From positions 28,231 through 52,230 of the forward strand of contig JAITUQ010000042.1 in the NCBI GenBank assembly GCA_031286225.1: 24,000 nt of DNA, in the 5' to 3' direction. Shown here piece after piece: positions 1-8,881 of the stretch. A program made the position numbers and the translations under genes. This stretch comes from Candidatus Methanorudis spinitermitis. GTDB lineage: Archaea > Methanobacteriota > Methanobacteria > Methanobacteriales > Methanobacteriaceae. The notes below the pieces were generated by a model, which was not told the origin of the DNA, did not search any database, and was given only the letters and a program-made list of their open reading frames with translations. Position 1 is the stretch's first letter. The number at the start of each line of letters is the position of its first letter.

Positions 1-232
1 CTCCCCAATCAATTATTAAACTTTTATTTTCATGGTCTAAGAGATCATGATCATATGAACAAGAATCAGTATGTATATAATATTCTTTTCTATTACATGT
101 GTTTATTTCAATATACTCTTGAATAATGAATTCTTCTTTAAATTCATTGAATAAATCTGTTAAGTCAATCGATACATGTTCCATTGTTTCAATATCGGCA
201 ATTGTATGATCTACTCTTATGTTAATTATCAA
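1..232 (-). CDS. hemA: Glutamyl-tRNA reductase, N-terminal 77 codons (the gene continues past the left window edge)
   Basis: This ORF is absent from the track because it runs off the window. Minus-strand translation from TTG at 232 gives (M)IINIRVDHTIADIETMEHVSIDLTDLFNEFKEEFIIQEYIEINTCNRKEYYIHTDSCSYDHDLLDHENKSLIIDWG. It has the HemA hallmark T-C-N-R-x-E-x-Y active-site Cys motif about 50 aa from the N-terminus. An AGGGGA Shine-Dalgarno-like motif lies 9 nt upstream. The gene sits 37 nt downstream of the precorrin-2 dehydrogenase gene, which fits a tetrapyrrole operon. Confidence 0.75.
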   Translation of the reverse strand, partial: MIINIRVDHTIADIETMEHVSIDLTDLFNEFKEEFIIQEYIEINTCNRKEYYIHTDSCSYDHDLLDHENKSLIIDWG

Positions 233-269
233 ATAGATATGTCCCCTTAGAAATATATATTATATCTTT

Positions 270-905
270 TTAAGATTTTTGATTCTTTATTAAAAAATCC
301 ACATATTCTTTAGCTTCTTTTAATTGATTATTATTTATAAATTTTTTAATTTTCTCATTTTTAACAAGGGTATACAAAAATTTCTTTCTGTCCTTTTGTT
401 TTGGAACGTTTTTTTTTAAAATATTCCTTGCATAATCTTGAAGCTTTATATTAATAATGTCTTCATTAGTTATTGAGGATTGAATTTTTTTTCTTAGTTC
501 TCGAGCCATTAATGGGCTTTTTCCATTTGTAAATATTGAAATTTGAATGTTTTCAATGTAAAAACTTGTTGGAACAATCAAATTTCCTTTTTCAGGAAAA
601 TCAGCCCTATTCAATAATTTTTCACTGCTAATTGAAGAGACATAGCTATTTAATTTGTCATCTTTGCTAGCTATTATTACAATATCTGCCCAATTAACTA
701 AACTTATTAAATTTTTCTTAGGATTGAAAATAGCTCCTTTTTCTTTCAATTCATTTGAAATATTGTTTCCAATTAGTATTACTTCTGCTCCTTCTTTTAA
801 GAATCTTTCAGCTCTTCTTTTCCCGACTTCTCCAGTACCAACAATTAAAATTTTTTTCTTATTCATTTCTAGGAAAAGCGAACTCCATCCCATAACAATT
901 CCCAA
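270..905 (-). CDS. sirC: Precorrin-2 dehydrogenase / sirohydrochlorin ferrochelatase (CysG N-terminal domain, Met8/SirC family)
   Basis: The N-terminal Rossmann motif KKILIVGTGEVGKRRAERF and the downstream TNGKSPLMARELRKKI motif are typical of this family. The length (about 200 aa) fits. It lies directly upstream of hemA. The start is uncertain: TTG at 905, or in-frame ATGs at 893 and 866. Confidence 0.75.
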   Translation of the reverse strand: MGIVMGWSSLFLEMNKKKILIVGTGEVGKRRAERFLKEGAEVILIGNNISNELKEKGAIFNPKKNLISLVNWADIVIIASKDDKLNSYVSSISSEKLLNRADFPEKGNLIVPTSFYIENIQISIFTNGKSPLMARELRKKIQSSITNEDIINIKLQDYARNILKKNVPKQKDRKKFLYTLVKNEKIKKFINNNQLKEAKEYVDFLIKNQKS

Positions 906-1363
906 CTTTGTAAAACATGACTTAATTTCATTTTTTTAACAATATTATAACGCTTATTTAGAAATTTATTAATTTATTCCATTCTTTTTAATATTTTTTT
1001 TAAGTTTATTTAAACCTGTATTATTATATTCTAATTTTTTATTAACTTTATTTTAAGTTTATTTATATTCATATAATTTTGTTAAAAAATGTTTTTGAAT
1101 AAAATTATTTTTCTAATAATTATTAATTTATTATAAAATAATTTTATCTGATAATAAGTGTTTATCAATTTTTGTGGATTTCTTTAAACTTTCTTCTTAT
1201 TAATTTAAGTGAAAGGCTGATTTTTCTAAAGTTCCACACTTTTTTACAGCTTGATAATGAGCGTTAATATAAATTAAAAATAAAATGGAGAATGAACGTT
1301 ATATATTTATTATTTGGTCTATCTAATTTCTTTTACAAAGTATTTATTAAAAATATTTATTAC

Positions 1364-1846
1364 TTATTTTGACTTTTCTAATACTTGCATTCTAAGTAGT
1401 TTCATAGCCATTCTTAAATCATTATCACAATCTTGAAGGACTTTAATAGCTTCATTTTCACTAATTGAAAAAGCATCTGCAAGAGCATCAACATATTCTT
1501 CCTCATCATCTTTTTCTTTTCCAGTTAATTTTTCTGATAATTGTTTTTTGAGAGTTAAATATTCGGCAACGTCCATGTCGATATTTTTTAAAACCATATC
1601 TCTCAATGGGCATGGTTTAGATGGTTTACAACACCAAACAAGTGATCCAAAGCAAGTTCTTTCCCCTTCTCCTAACCTAGTATTTTTAGCAAACTCTTCC
1701 TTGATATTCATATATTCATGAGCACTAATATTTACATCATCAAGAGCATGTAATATTGGGCAAGGCTTTACTGGTGGGCAGCAAAATGTCAATGCTCTAC
1801 TATCTCCTCCTCTGCATACATGTGATGGTGAGTTATCCCATACCAT
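1364..1846 (-). CDS. Methanogenesis marker 9 domain protein (duplicated CC-x4-KPCP Cys motif) with a C-terminal UBA-like segment
   Basis: There are two copies of the motif [FW]CCxxxKPCP[IL] ([11 protein letters not shown] at aa 21-31, [11 protein letters not shown] at aa 71-81). Each is preceded by one more Cys, giving 8 Cys in total. This matches the signature I recall for the methanogen-restricted marker-9 domain. A perfect GGAGGA Shine-Dalgarno motif lies 6 nt upstream of ATG 1846. Confidence 0.75.
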   Translation of the reverse strand: MVWDNSPSHVCRGGDSRALTFCCPPVKPCPILHALDDVNISAHEYMNIKEEFAKNTRLGEGERTCFGSLVWCCKPSKPCPLRDMVLKNIDMDVAEYLTLKKQLSEKLTGKEKDDEEEYVDALADAFSISENEAIKVLQDCDNDLRMAMKLLRMQVLEKSK

Positions 1847-1956
1847 TAATAATCCTCCAATTAAATATTATTTCCTCAGTTTTTAATAATTAATTTCAAA
1901 AAAATTTTTATATGTTTTTTTATTTATTTGTTATATATTAAATTATATAAGTTTAA

Positions 1957-3546
1957 TTAATTTAACATCTTTTCTTTTTCAGCAGGAGTTAATTCTTTGA
2001 CGATTTCTTTAGGTTCTCCAATTTTTAAGATTTTTCCTCCTCTCATTAAAGCTGTTCTATCACAAACATCAATAACAAAATCCATATCGTGAGAAATTAT
2101 CAAAAAAGTTTGTTTTAACTCTTCTCTTGCTTTTAATATAGAATCTGTAACTTGAACTCTTGTTATAGGATCCATAGTTCCAGTAGGTTCATCTAATATA
2201 ATTATGTTAGGTTCTTTGATTAGTACTTGAGCAATGGCCACTCGATGCCGTTCGCCACCACTTAATTCATCTGGTTCTTTGTCTAATATACTCATTGCAT
2301 ATTCATCATCAAAACCAACAGCATTTAAAGTATGAATAGCTTTCATCTTAGCAAATTCTGCAGGAAGCTCTAAACTTATTGCTTCTGTTAAATTTCCAAG
2401 GACGGTTCTATGAGGGTATAATGAGTATTCTTGATGAAGTAAACCAATATATGGAATTATACGCCCTCTACCTAAGGGACCTGTTTGAATCATATCAATC
2501 CAATCATCACCAAGTTTAGCTTGAATCTCTCCACTGCTTGGTTCAGTTAACCCTATTAACATTCGAGTTAGTGTTGTTTTTCCAGAACCACTAAGACCTA
2601 CGATCCCAAATATTTCTCCTTTGTTAATAGTAAGATTAACTCCATCAACAGCTTTTATAACTCCTCTTTCTATGGAGTAATAATGTTTTTTAGCTTCTTC
2701 AATTTCAATGATTGGTTCATCATTAACATATTCTTCTGTCTGTTTTGGTAAAGGAACTGTAGCTAAAAAATTTCCAACAACAGTATCTGCAGGACCTTCT
2801 TCAATGATTTCTCCTTTTTCTAACCAAATAGTTTGATCAGCTAATTTTTTCATAACTTCAGGCCAATGGGAAGTGATGACCATAGTTATTCCCTGATTTT
2901 TAACACCATCTATTAAAGTTTTGTGTAAATGTTCTGCTGTTTGGGGATCTAGTGTCCCTGTTGGTTCATCAGCTAAAAATATCATAGGATTTTTTGCCAT
3001 TTGTCTTGCAAGAACTACTCTTTGCTTTTCTCCTCCACTTAAATCACGAGCTATATGTGTTATCCTGTGACTCATTTGAACCATTTCAAGGAGATCTATT
3101 GCTTCGTAGAGCTTTTCTTCATATTCTCCACTTTTCAATTCTCTCAAAACATTTTCAATTACACTTTCTCTTTCATATAATGCGAAATTTCTCTGTAGCA
3201 TAATAGCTATTCTTTTTCTAATTTCTGAAAACTCTTTCCTGTTAGTTTTCCAGAAATCTATTTCTTCAGCTTCTAATTTTCCTCCACAATTACAAAGTTC
3301 ACCAACTTTTGATGGAGGTTCTACATGTAAACATTCTTTACAAATAGCAACATTATAAAAAATTTGCCCACTATCTGGTTTGTATTCTTTGGTTCCACGT
3401 AGCATATTTATTAAAACAGATTTTCCAGCACCGCTACGACCTAGAATTCCAAGTACGCTTCCTTCCTCAATCTTAACATTCAAATCTTTAAGAACTTTTA
3501 TATTGTTGAATGATTTATTAATGTTTTTAAGCACTATAAAAGACAT
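1957..3546 (-). CDS. atwA: Methyl-coenzyme M reductase system component A2 (soluble double ABC-ATPase)
   Basis: It has two ABC ATPase cassettes and no TM domain. Walker A motifs are GRSGAGKS and GLSGSGKT, signature motifs are LSGGEKQR and LSGGERHR, and Walker B motifs are IFLADEPT and IIILDEPT. A Cys-rich insert (CKEC...CNCGG) in cassette 1 is characteristic of component A2. The track ORF begins at 3573, but ATG 3546 ([13 protein letters not shown]) has an AGGTGG SD 4 nt upstream and 3573 has none. Confidence 0.85.
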   Translation of the reverse strand: MSFIVLKNINKSFNNIKVLKDLNVKIEEGSVLGILGRSGAGKSVLINMLRGTKEYKPDSGQIFYNVAICKECLHVEPPSKVGELCNCGGKLEAEEIDFWKTNRKEFSEIRKRIAIMLQRNFALYERESVIENVLRELKSGEYEEKLYEAIDLLEMVQMSHRITHIARDLSGGEKQRVVLARQMAKNPMIFLADEPTGTLDPQTAEHLHKTLIDGVKNQGITMVITSHWPEVMKKLADQTIWLEKGEIIEEGPADTVVGNFLATVPLPKQTEEYVNDEPIIEIEEAKKHYYSIERGVIKAVDGVNLTINKGEIFGIVGLSGSGKTTLTRMLIGLTEPSSGEIQAKLGDDWIDMIQTGPLGRGRIIPYIGLLHQEYSLYPHRTVLGNLTEAISLELPAEFAKMKAIHTLNAVGFDDEYAMSILDKEPDELSGGERHRVAIAQVLIKEPNIIILDEPTGTMDPITRVQVTDSILKAREELKQTFLIISHDMDFVIDVCDRTALMRGGKILKIGEPKEIVKELTPAEKEKMLN

Positions 3547-3911
3547 AGATCCACCTTTAAAGAATAATATCATAATTCTTTTTTGATAAATTGATAATAA
3601 TAGATATTTTTAATAATATTTTTTGCAAAATTAAAGATTATAATTATGTATTTTAGAAAGTTTACCTATAAAATTTTATTTTTAAATAGAAATTTGTTTT
3701 AATTATAAATTATATTAAATATTATGATATTTAGTATTATATACTTATCTTAATTAATGTGTAAAGTTATTCATAGTTTATTTTTAACAGATATTATATT
3801 TTTCAAATATTTTAATATAAGTATTATCTATTATTAAACAATTAATGGATGATTACTGATTAATGAATATATTATTATTAATTATTAGGTTAATTAATGA
3901 AATCATAGCTT

Positions 3912-4622
3912 TTACACTTGTTTAAGGTTAAAATTTATTTTTCCATTAATTGCAGCTCTTGCAATAGATACTCCATCAGCACCATTATTAATCATTGCAT
4001 TTATATCTTCAATATCTCTAATTGAATTATTTCCAATTAAAAAAGTATCTGTTTCACTTGCTATTTTTGAGATAATATCTAAATCAGCATAATTAAATCC
4101 TGGTTTCATTGCATCTATATGAAGATAATCAACTGAAAGATTATCTATTATTTTAGCTACTTTTAAAGTATCAATCCCCTCAACATTAGCTCTTATTTTC
4201 ACTGAAACTTGAGATTTTGATTTTTTTACTATATTTTTAATATAATTTATTAAAAAATCAGTATCTTCTAGTATTGATTGACCACAGCCAATATCTAAAA
4301 TTTCTTTTTGTCTACAATGACAATTTACTTCCACAATATCTAGTAGTTTTATTTTACTAATCTCAATGATAGGGTCTGGAGAAATAGCTCTTAAATTTGC
4401 AGATACTTTAACATTGTATTTGTTTTTAATTAAATTAGTTTCTTTTTCAATCGTGTTTATTAGATCATCTTTAGCTATGTCAAATTCACTGCGACCTCTA
4501 CTTAATATTTTTTTACCAGCAGCTACTGTTTGGGAATCTGTATTGTATCCTCCTAATGTAACCATATCAAAGCCAAAAGGAATTAATTTCATGACGAAAT
4601 TTGCATTAGTTATTCCAGCCAT
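3912..4622 (-). CDS. Archaeal NifR3/Dus-related TIM-barrel (putative flavo)protein, MJ0144-like
   Basis: The LAPMAGIT N-terminal strand-loop typical of the dihydrouridine-synthase/NifR3 superfamily spans the annotated ATG. Alternating beta/alpha periodicity and a C-terminal GADGVSIARAA phosphate-binding-like motif are present. The length of about 240 aa fits the short archaeal-only family. It lies next to GTP cyclohydrolase III, as I recall for MJ0144/MJ0145. The true start is probably upstream of 4622 (see findings). Confidence 0.7.
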   Translation of the reverse strand: MAGITNANFVMKLIPFGFDMVTLGGYNTDSQTVAAGKKILSRGRSEFDIAKDDLINTIEKETNLIKNKYNVKVSANLRAISPDPIIEISKIKLLDIVEVNCHCRQKEILDIGCGQSILEDTDFLINYIKNIVKKSKSQVSVKIRANVEGIDTLKVAKIIDNLSVDYLHIDAMKPGFNYADLDIISKIASETDTFLIGNNSIRDIEDINAMINNGADGVSIARAAINGKINFNLKQV

Positions 4623-4860
4623 TGGTGCAAGTACTATGATAAGTTTAATCTCCTCAAAAAGTAATATTTATTTAAAAAAATTAATTTAATTGAATAAATA
4701 CATGATAAATTCCATTTAATAATAGTATAGTTTTTTTTATTAAATGATGTCAATATTGAAAAAATAAAATATAATTAAAAATATAAAATCCATGAATATA
4801 ATTAGCTTTAACAATCACTATATAGGGCAGATGATTTAATTCTGGATTAATTTTGAAAAA

Positions 4861-5622
4861 TTAACCCATTTTTTCCATAATATAGACTAATTCATCTGCA
4901 ACTCCATTTCTTATTTCTTCTAATCCTAAATCAGCCATATAAGCAGCATCTTCAGCATTTTTTCCCCTACCAACTCCTGCTTTTAAAGCTATTCCTATTT
5001 CATCATCAATTTCTTCAAGTAGTTTTAATAACTCCTTAGCATCTAATTCATTACAGGGGGACATGAAGTTATCGCCTCCGATAAAGAATAATAAAGCTCC
5101 TTTATCTATTAATTTAGTCATTAAATAATGTTGTGCTCGATTCACAAGGAAATTTGTATCGTATGCGGGAATGGTATCGGTTAGAGAATCTGTAACTCCA
5201 TTTATATCAATATGGGCGATTTGAACAAAACTGTCTTTTTCATCTACTAAACTGCCAATAGCTAATATTTCTTTTCTATCTTCAGATTGAGCTCCTCCTT
5301 TAATTTGTAAAGATTCAGTAGCTATTTTTTGAGCATCATAAGGAGTTTTGGCAGTCCCTACTCCCATACTAATGGTTATTGGATATCTGTTTCTAATTGA
5401 TCTTTGTATTCTACGATGATCTTCTTCATTGATTCCATTTGTAATTGCAAGCATATTGTCAAACCTTGTAAAGAAAACTAGTCCTTTTTTCATTGAAAAT
5501 TGTCTTTGTATATCTGCATATAATTCTGATTGTAAAATTTGAAGATCAGACTCATTGCGAGGATTTGGAGTAACTGTCCAAGGTCCATAATTATCAATTT
5601 GTATAAGAGTCATCTGTATCAT
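4861..5622 (-). CDS. arfA: GTP cyclohydrolase III (FAPy-forming; riboflavin/F420 precursor pathway)
   Basis: The N-terminus [38 protein letters not shown], plus [14 protein letters not shown] and FIGGDNFM motifs, match the MJ0145-type archaeal enzyme. A GGTGA SD lies 6 nt upstream. The ATG overlaps the cofD stop codon (ATGA). Confidence 0.85.
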   Translation of the reverse strand: MIQMTLIQIDNYGPWTVTPNPRNESDLQILQSELYADIQRQFSMKKGLVFFTRFDNMLAITNGINEEDHRRIQRSIRNRYPITISMGVGTAKTPYDAQKIATESLQIKGGAQSEDRKEILAIGSLVDEKDSFVQIAHIDINGVTDSLTDTIPAYDTNFLVNRAQHYLMTKLIDKGALLFFIGGDNFMSPCNELDAKELLKLLEEIDDEIGIALKAGVGRGKNAEDAAYMADLGLEEIRNGVADELVYIMEKMG

Positions 5623-6524
5623 ATTATTTCACCTAAAACAACTTTAGCTAACATCCTTTTATCATGAATATTTTTCATATTAGTCTTTGTTATAATAACA
5701 TCTTTTATTAGTTTTTCTATTTCTTTCTTCAAGTTTTCATCTTTTTCATCAATGATGAACTTATCTAAAAATCCACTATACAATGATGCAACACCTAAAG
5801 ATGAAACTTCATGATTTAAAGCTTTCATAAATTTTCCTGCAGGACCGCTAACAGCAGAACCTCCAATTATTGGTGAAATAGCTACAACATAGCTATTTTG
5901 CAATGCTTTTTCCACTCCTTCAAGAGTGGTTATTGGAAGAATAGATGTTATTGGATTAGAAGGACCTATGATTACTATTTCTGAATTTTGAATTGTTTCA
6001 ACAATCTTTGGAGCAGGGTTCACCTTTGTATAATCAACACTAAATACTTCTGGTTTTGTTTGGTGTTTAATTAAAAAATCATGAAATTCAAGTTCTCCAA
6101 TGTCTGTTCTAACAGTTATTTTTGAATGTTCATCACTCATAGGAAGAATTTTAGATCTTATTCTCATCTTTCTTCTTTGAATATCAACAGCAACACTCAA
6201 ACTGTGATTTTTCATTAAGGTAGTTTTTTGAATCTTAGTAGCTCTATCTTGATCTCCTATTCTAAGTAATTCTGAACAACCTAGGGTTTTAAGTTTTTCA
6301 TTGGTTATGAAAGTATCGTCCTTTATTCCATACCATGTTTCATCATTTATCTTATCTGAAAGTGTATAGAGAACAGTGTCAATATCTGCAGCTACATAAA
6401 CACCAGAAAAATAATCATTTTCCACAGTATTAACAATAATATTCATTTTAGAAGGATCATAAACTTCTTTTATTCCTTGAATTAATTTGGGAGTACCAGT
6501 GCCTCCAGAGAGTATAGTAATCAA
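5619..6524 (-). CDS. cofD: 2-phospho-L-lactate transferase (LPPG:FO transferase, F420-0 synthesis)
   Basis: It uses a TTG start. The N-terminal [14 protein letters not shown] loop, 301-aa length and overall CofD/YvcK-family pattern support the call. It is adjacent to cofE. Confidence 0.9.
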   Translation of the reverse strand: MITILSGGTGTPKLIQGIKEVYDPSKMNIIVNTVENDYFSGVYVAADIDTVLYTLSDKINDETWYGIKDDTFITNEKLKTLGCSELLRIGDQDRATKIQKTTLMKNHSLSVAVDIQRRKMRIRSKILPMSDEHSKITVRTDIGELEFHDFLIKHQTKPEVFSVDYTKVNPAPKIVETIQNSEIVIIGPSNPITSILPITTLEGVEKALQNSYVVAISPIIGGSAVSGPAGKFMKALNHEVSSLGVASLYSGFLDKFIIDEKDENLKKEIEKLIKDVIITKTNMKNIHDKRMLAKVVLGEII

Positions 6525-6722
6525 ATTAAAAACCTTAATAATTTTTTTTATTTATTAATTAATAATAATAGTGATCTATTTCATGATTATAGTGATAAAA
6601 TACAATAATGCAATGTAAATAATAATATTGCATAGAAATATGGTTAATCTCTACTTTTGCTATGTTTTCATTTTTTTCTAAATAATATTACTACTAATTT
6701 GTATTTTCTTGTTGTATTCGTT

Positions 6723-7496
6723 TTATTTTCTAAAAACATCAAATTCTTTTGGTCGAAGTAGTTTAAATATTTCATCGTTTTGATTTTTCAAATGATTAAA
6801 ACTTGAAAAACCTCGAACAATTACTACAGGAATTCCTTCATTAGCTTGACCCATTAGGAGAGAGGCAGCTCCAGCTAACTCATCAGCAATAGCTATTTCC
6901 GTTGTTTGAAGTTCTCTCCCATATAAATCTTTCTCTCCTGCTCTTTCCCAAATTGGAGATATTCCGGAACAACCAATAGCTACTCCAACAGCCCCATTTC
7001 TAAAAGCCCTACCTTGAGTATCAGTTATAATAACTGCAAACTCTTTTTCAAAGTGATTTTCTAGTGATTTCCTGATTTCATCAGCTGATTTATCAGGGTT
7101 TTTTGGTAAAGGTGTAGCTAAGCTTTCATCAACATTTGATTCATCTATTCCAGCATTTGCACATACAAAACCATGTTTTGTTTCACTTATAATAAAATCA
7201 GAACCAATAGCTATAATTTCATTTGATTCACCTAATATTGCTTCAACTAAAGCAGGATCTTTTTTAGATTTTTTAGCTATTGAAATTGCTTTTTCACTTG
7301 GATTAATATCTTTTAAATTGATAATGTTTCCTTCAGCTTTAGAAATCAATGTTTCAGCTATTAATACAATATCTTGATTTTTAAAATTTATATTTTGTTT
7401 TTTCAAAGCACTTATTATTAAATCAGGGATATTATCTCCTTTTTTAACTAAAGGAATTTCATTTAATCCAAATAATTTCATGTTCATGAATATCAA
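6723..7496 (-). CDS. cofE: Coenzyme F420-0:L-glutamate ligase
   Basis: The call rests on [17 protein letters not shown] near the N-terminus, the [19 protein letters not shown] motif, and a length of about 250 aa. The start is ambiguous: TTG 7496, ATG 7487 or ATG 7481. Starting at [12 protein letters not shown] (7481) looks most ortholog-like. Confidence 0.9.
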   Translation of the reverse strand: MIFMNMKLFGLNEIPLVKKGDNIPDLIISALKKQNINFKNQDIVLIAETLISKAEGNIINLKDINPSEKAISIAKKSKKDPALVEAILGESNEIIAIGSDFIISETKHGFVCANAGIDESNVDESLATPLPKNPDKSADEIRKSLENHFEKEFAVIITDTQGRAFRNGAVGVAIGCSGISPIWERAGEKDLYGRELQTTEIAIADELAGAASLLMGQANEGIPVVIVRGFSSFNHLKNQNDEIFKLLRPKEFDVFRK

Positions 7497-7682
7497 TTGT
7501 TGAATTTAAATTATAGAAATTAGTAAATTATTAAAAATATAAAATAGTTTTAAAAAAGTTTTAATTTACTATTCTTATTTAATTTTTATTTATTTAATTT
7601 AATAATCATATGAAAAATAAATTTATTTAGTTTTTTTTATATAATATATTAAGCTATTTTTTTACTTAGCTTATTTTTTTTA

Positions 7683-8309
7683 TCATAAATTTAATGAACT
7701 TATATCCCATTTTCCATCAAATATTGAAGCAACTGATGTAACTGGATTTGTAAATTCTGCAAAATCTCCTTGGTTTAATATTAACTTAGCTCCTTCCTTT
7801 GATGTTTTAGCTGTAAAATTAACATGTGTTGGATTTTGACATTCATAGGTTGAGATAAAGGCAGCTTTTCCAAAATCTACTTTTTCCACTAATATTTTTT
7901 CGTGAGTCACTATTCCAATATAGCATTCATAGCTACTTTCATCAGTATTTGAGGTAATAGCACCAGCTATTCTTGGAGTATTATAATCATCTTTTTCATA
8001 ATCCATTGCAAGAAGAGATAATGCCATAGCATCTTTAATATTCATTCCTACAGCTATTTTATCAGCAATAACGTCAGTATGTGATCCATTTGAAACAATA
8101 GCTATATCATTAACGATTTTTACACAATTATATGCAATATATGCATTCTCAAATATGTCTTTCTCATAACCTTTTTTAGGAATGATAGATGCCTTGTCAT
8201 CAAAATTTTTCGCCATTCTATTTGGAAAAGATCTACTTGATACTCTATAAGCCACAAACGGTTTCCTTTCAGTATTCATTCCAACTGATACTATTCTACC
8301 TAAATACAC
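7683..8309 (-). CDS. purO: Archaeal IMP cyclohydrolase
   Basis: It uses a GTG start with a GGAG SD 7 nt upstream. [12 protein letters not shown]...[14 protein letters not shown]...VSNGSHTD...[14 protein letters not shown] closely matches the PurO family (Ntn-hydrolase fold). Confidence 0.9.
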   Translation of the reverse strand: MYLGRIVSVGMNTERKPFVAYRVSSRSFPNRMAKNFDDKASIIPKKGYEKDIFENAYIAYNCVKIVNDIAIVSNGSHTDVIADKIAVGMNIKDAMALSLLAMDYEKDDYNTPRIAGAITSNTDESSYECYIGIVTHEKILVEKVDFGKAAFISTYECQNPTHVNFTAKTSKEGAKLILNQGDFAEFTNPVTSVASIFDGKWDISSLNL

Positions 8310-8394
8310 TTTTTAACTCCAAATCTTATATGTTTTAAATATTTTCAATTATACTAATATAAACTTTTTTAAAAAATTTTAAGATTTTCCTGAA

Positions 8395-8787
8395 TTATTC
8401 AGGGGAACGAACAGCTTCACTAGGAGCCATGCTATCAGGAGCTGTAATAATTATTGATCTATCTCTGGGTTTAATAATAATTTCTCCTTGATCAATAACA
8501 TCTGTATGAATAGCTATTGAACTATCTTTAATTAGATATGACATATCTTCTCCATTTACAATTACTTTTTCCAAGTTAGCTACTGGAAAAAGATAATATT
8601 CTGAATTCCCTGAACCTTTGGATTCGGGCTTACCAGAACTTCCATCTTCAAGGTTAGCAGGATTAAAACTACTTGCAACTACTAAAAAAATTAATAAAGT
8701 AAACATTATATCTATGAAAGGAACTAAATTGAATTCTGGGGTTTTTCCTTTAATTTTTGCTCTATGTTTTTTAACATCTAATGTCAT
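8395..8787 (-). CDS. ExbD/TolR-family biopolymer transport protein
   Basis: It has a basic N-terminus followed by the canonical PEFNLVPFIDIMFTLLIFLVV TM helix with the conserved protonatable Asp (D26). A C-terminal domain of about 85 aa follows. A GAAGGA SD lies 6 nt upstream. Confidence 0.8.
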   Translation of the reverse strand: MTLDVKKHRAKIKGKTPEFNLVPFIDIMFTLLIFLVVASSFNPANLEDGSSGKPESKGSGNSEYYLFPVANLEKVIVNGEDMSYLIKDSSIAIHTDVIDQGEIIIKPRDRSIIITAPDSMAPSEAVRSPE

Positions 8788-8881
8788 TGTTTTTCCTTCA
8801 TTTTAGAATTTGACTTCTAGAGATAGATTAATTAAGTTTTAATTAAGAAATGATAAATTTCATAATTGAATTGTAAGTTGA

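Noticed and set aside
655-939. Track ORFs antisense to well-supported genes: 655-939+, 2994-3203+, 3380-3586+, 4366-4689+, 8618-8806+, 10503-10871+, 11311-11586+, 11653-12000+, 14690-14926-, 15374-15568-, 19155-19388-, 21206-21415-, 23603-23827+
   Set aside because: Each lies entirely within, or mostly opposite, a gene with clear family motifs. Their translations are low-complexity, Ile/Phe/Ser/Leu-rich strings typical of shadow frames in AT-rich DNA. None has a Shine-Dalgarno motif or a recognisable domain.
906-1363. Long AT-rich intergenic regions (906-1363, 3574-3911, 9722-10237, 10859-11207, 18048-18433, 22744-23274) screened for tRNA, rRNA, riboswitch, CRISPR or other structured RNAs
   Set aside because: No GC-enriched or extended stem-forming segments are present, and there are no regularly spaced repeats with unique spacers. 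Only short A/T direct repeats (e.g. TTTTAAGTTTATTTA twice near 1000-1066, TTGATAA twice at 3582-3597) and 5-7 bp palindromes occur, as expected in this composition. A small ncRNA cannot be excluded without expression data.
3547-3573. Nine-codon N-terminal extension of atwA (MILFFKGGS)
   Set aside because: There is no SD before 3573. The codons for KGG themselves form the AGGTGG SD serving ATG 3546, and A2 proteins typically begin right before the first beta-strand (MSFIVLKN...).
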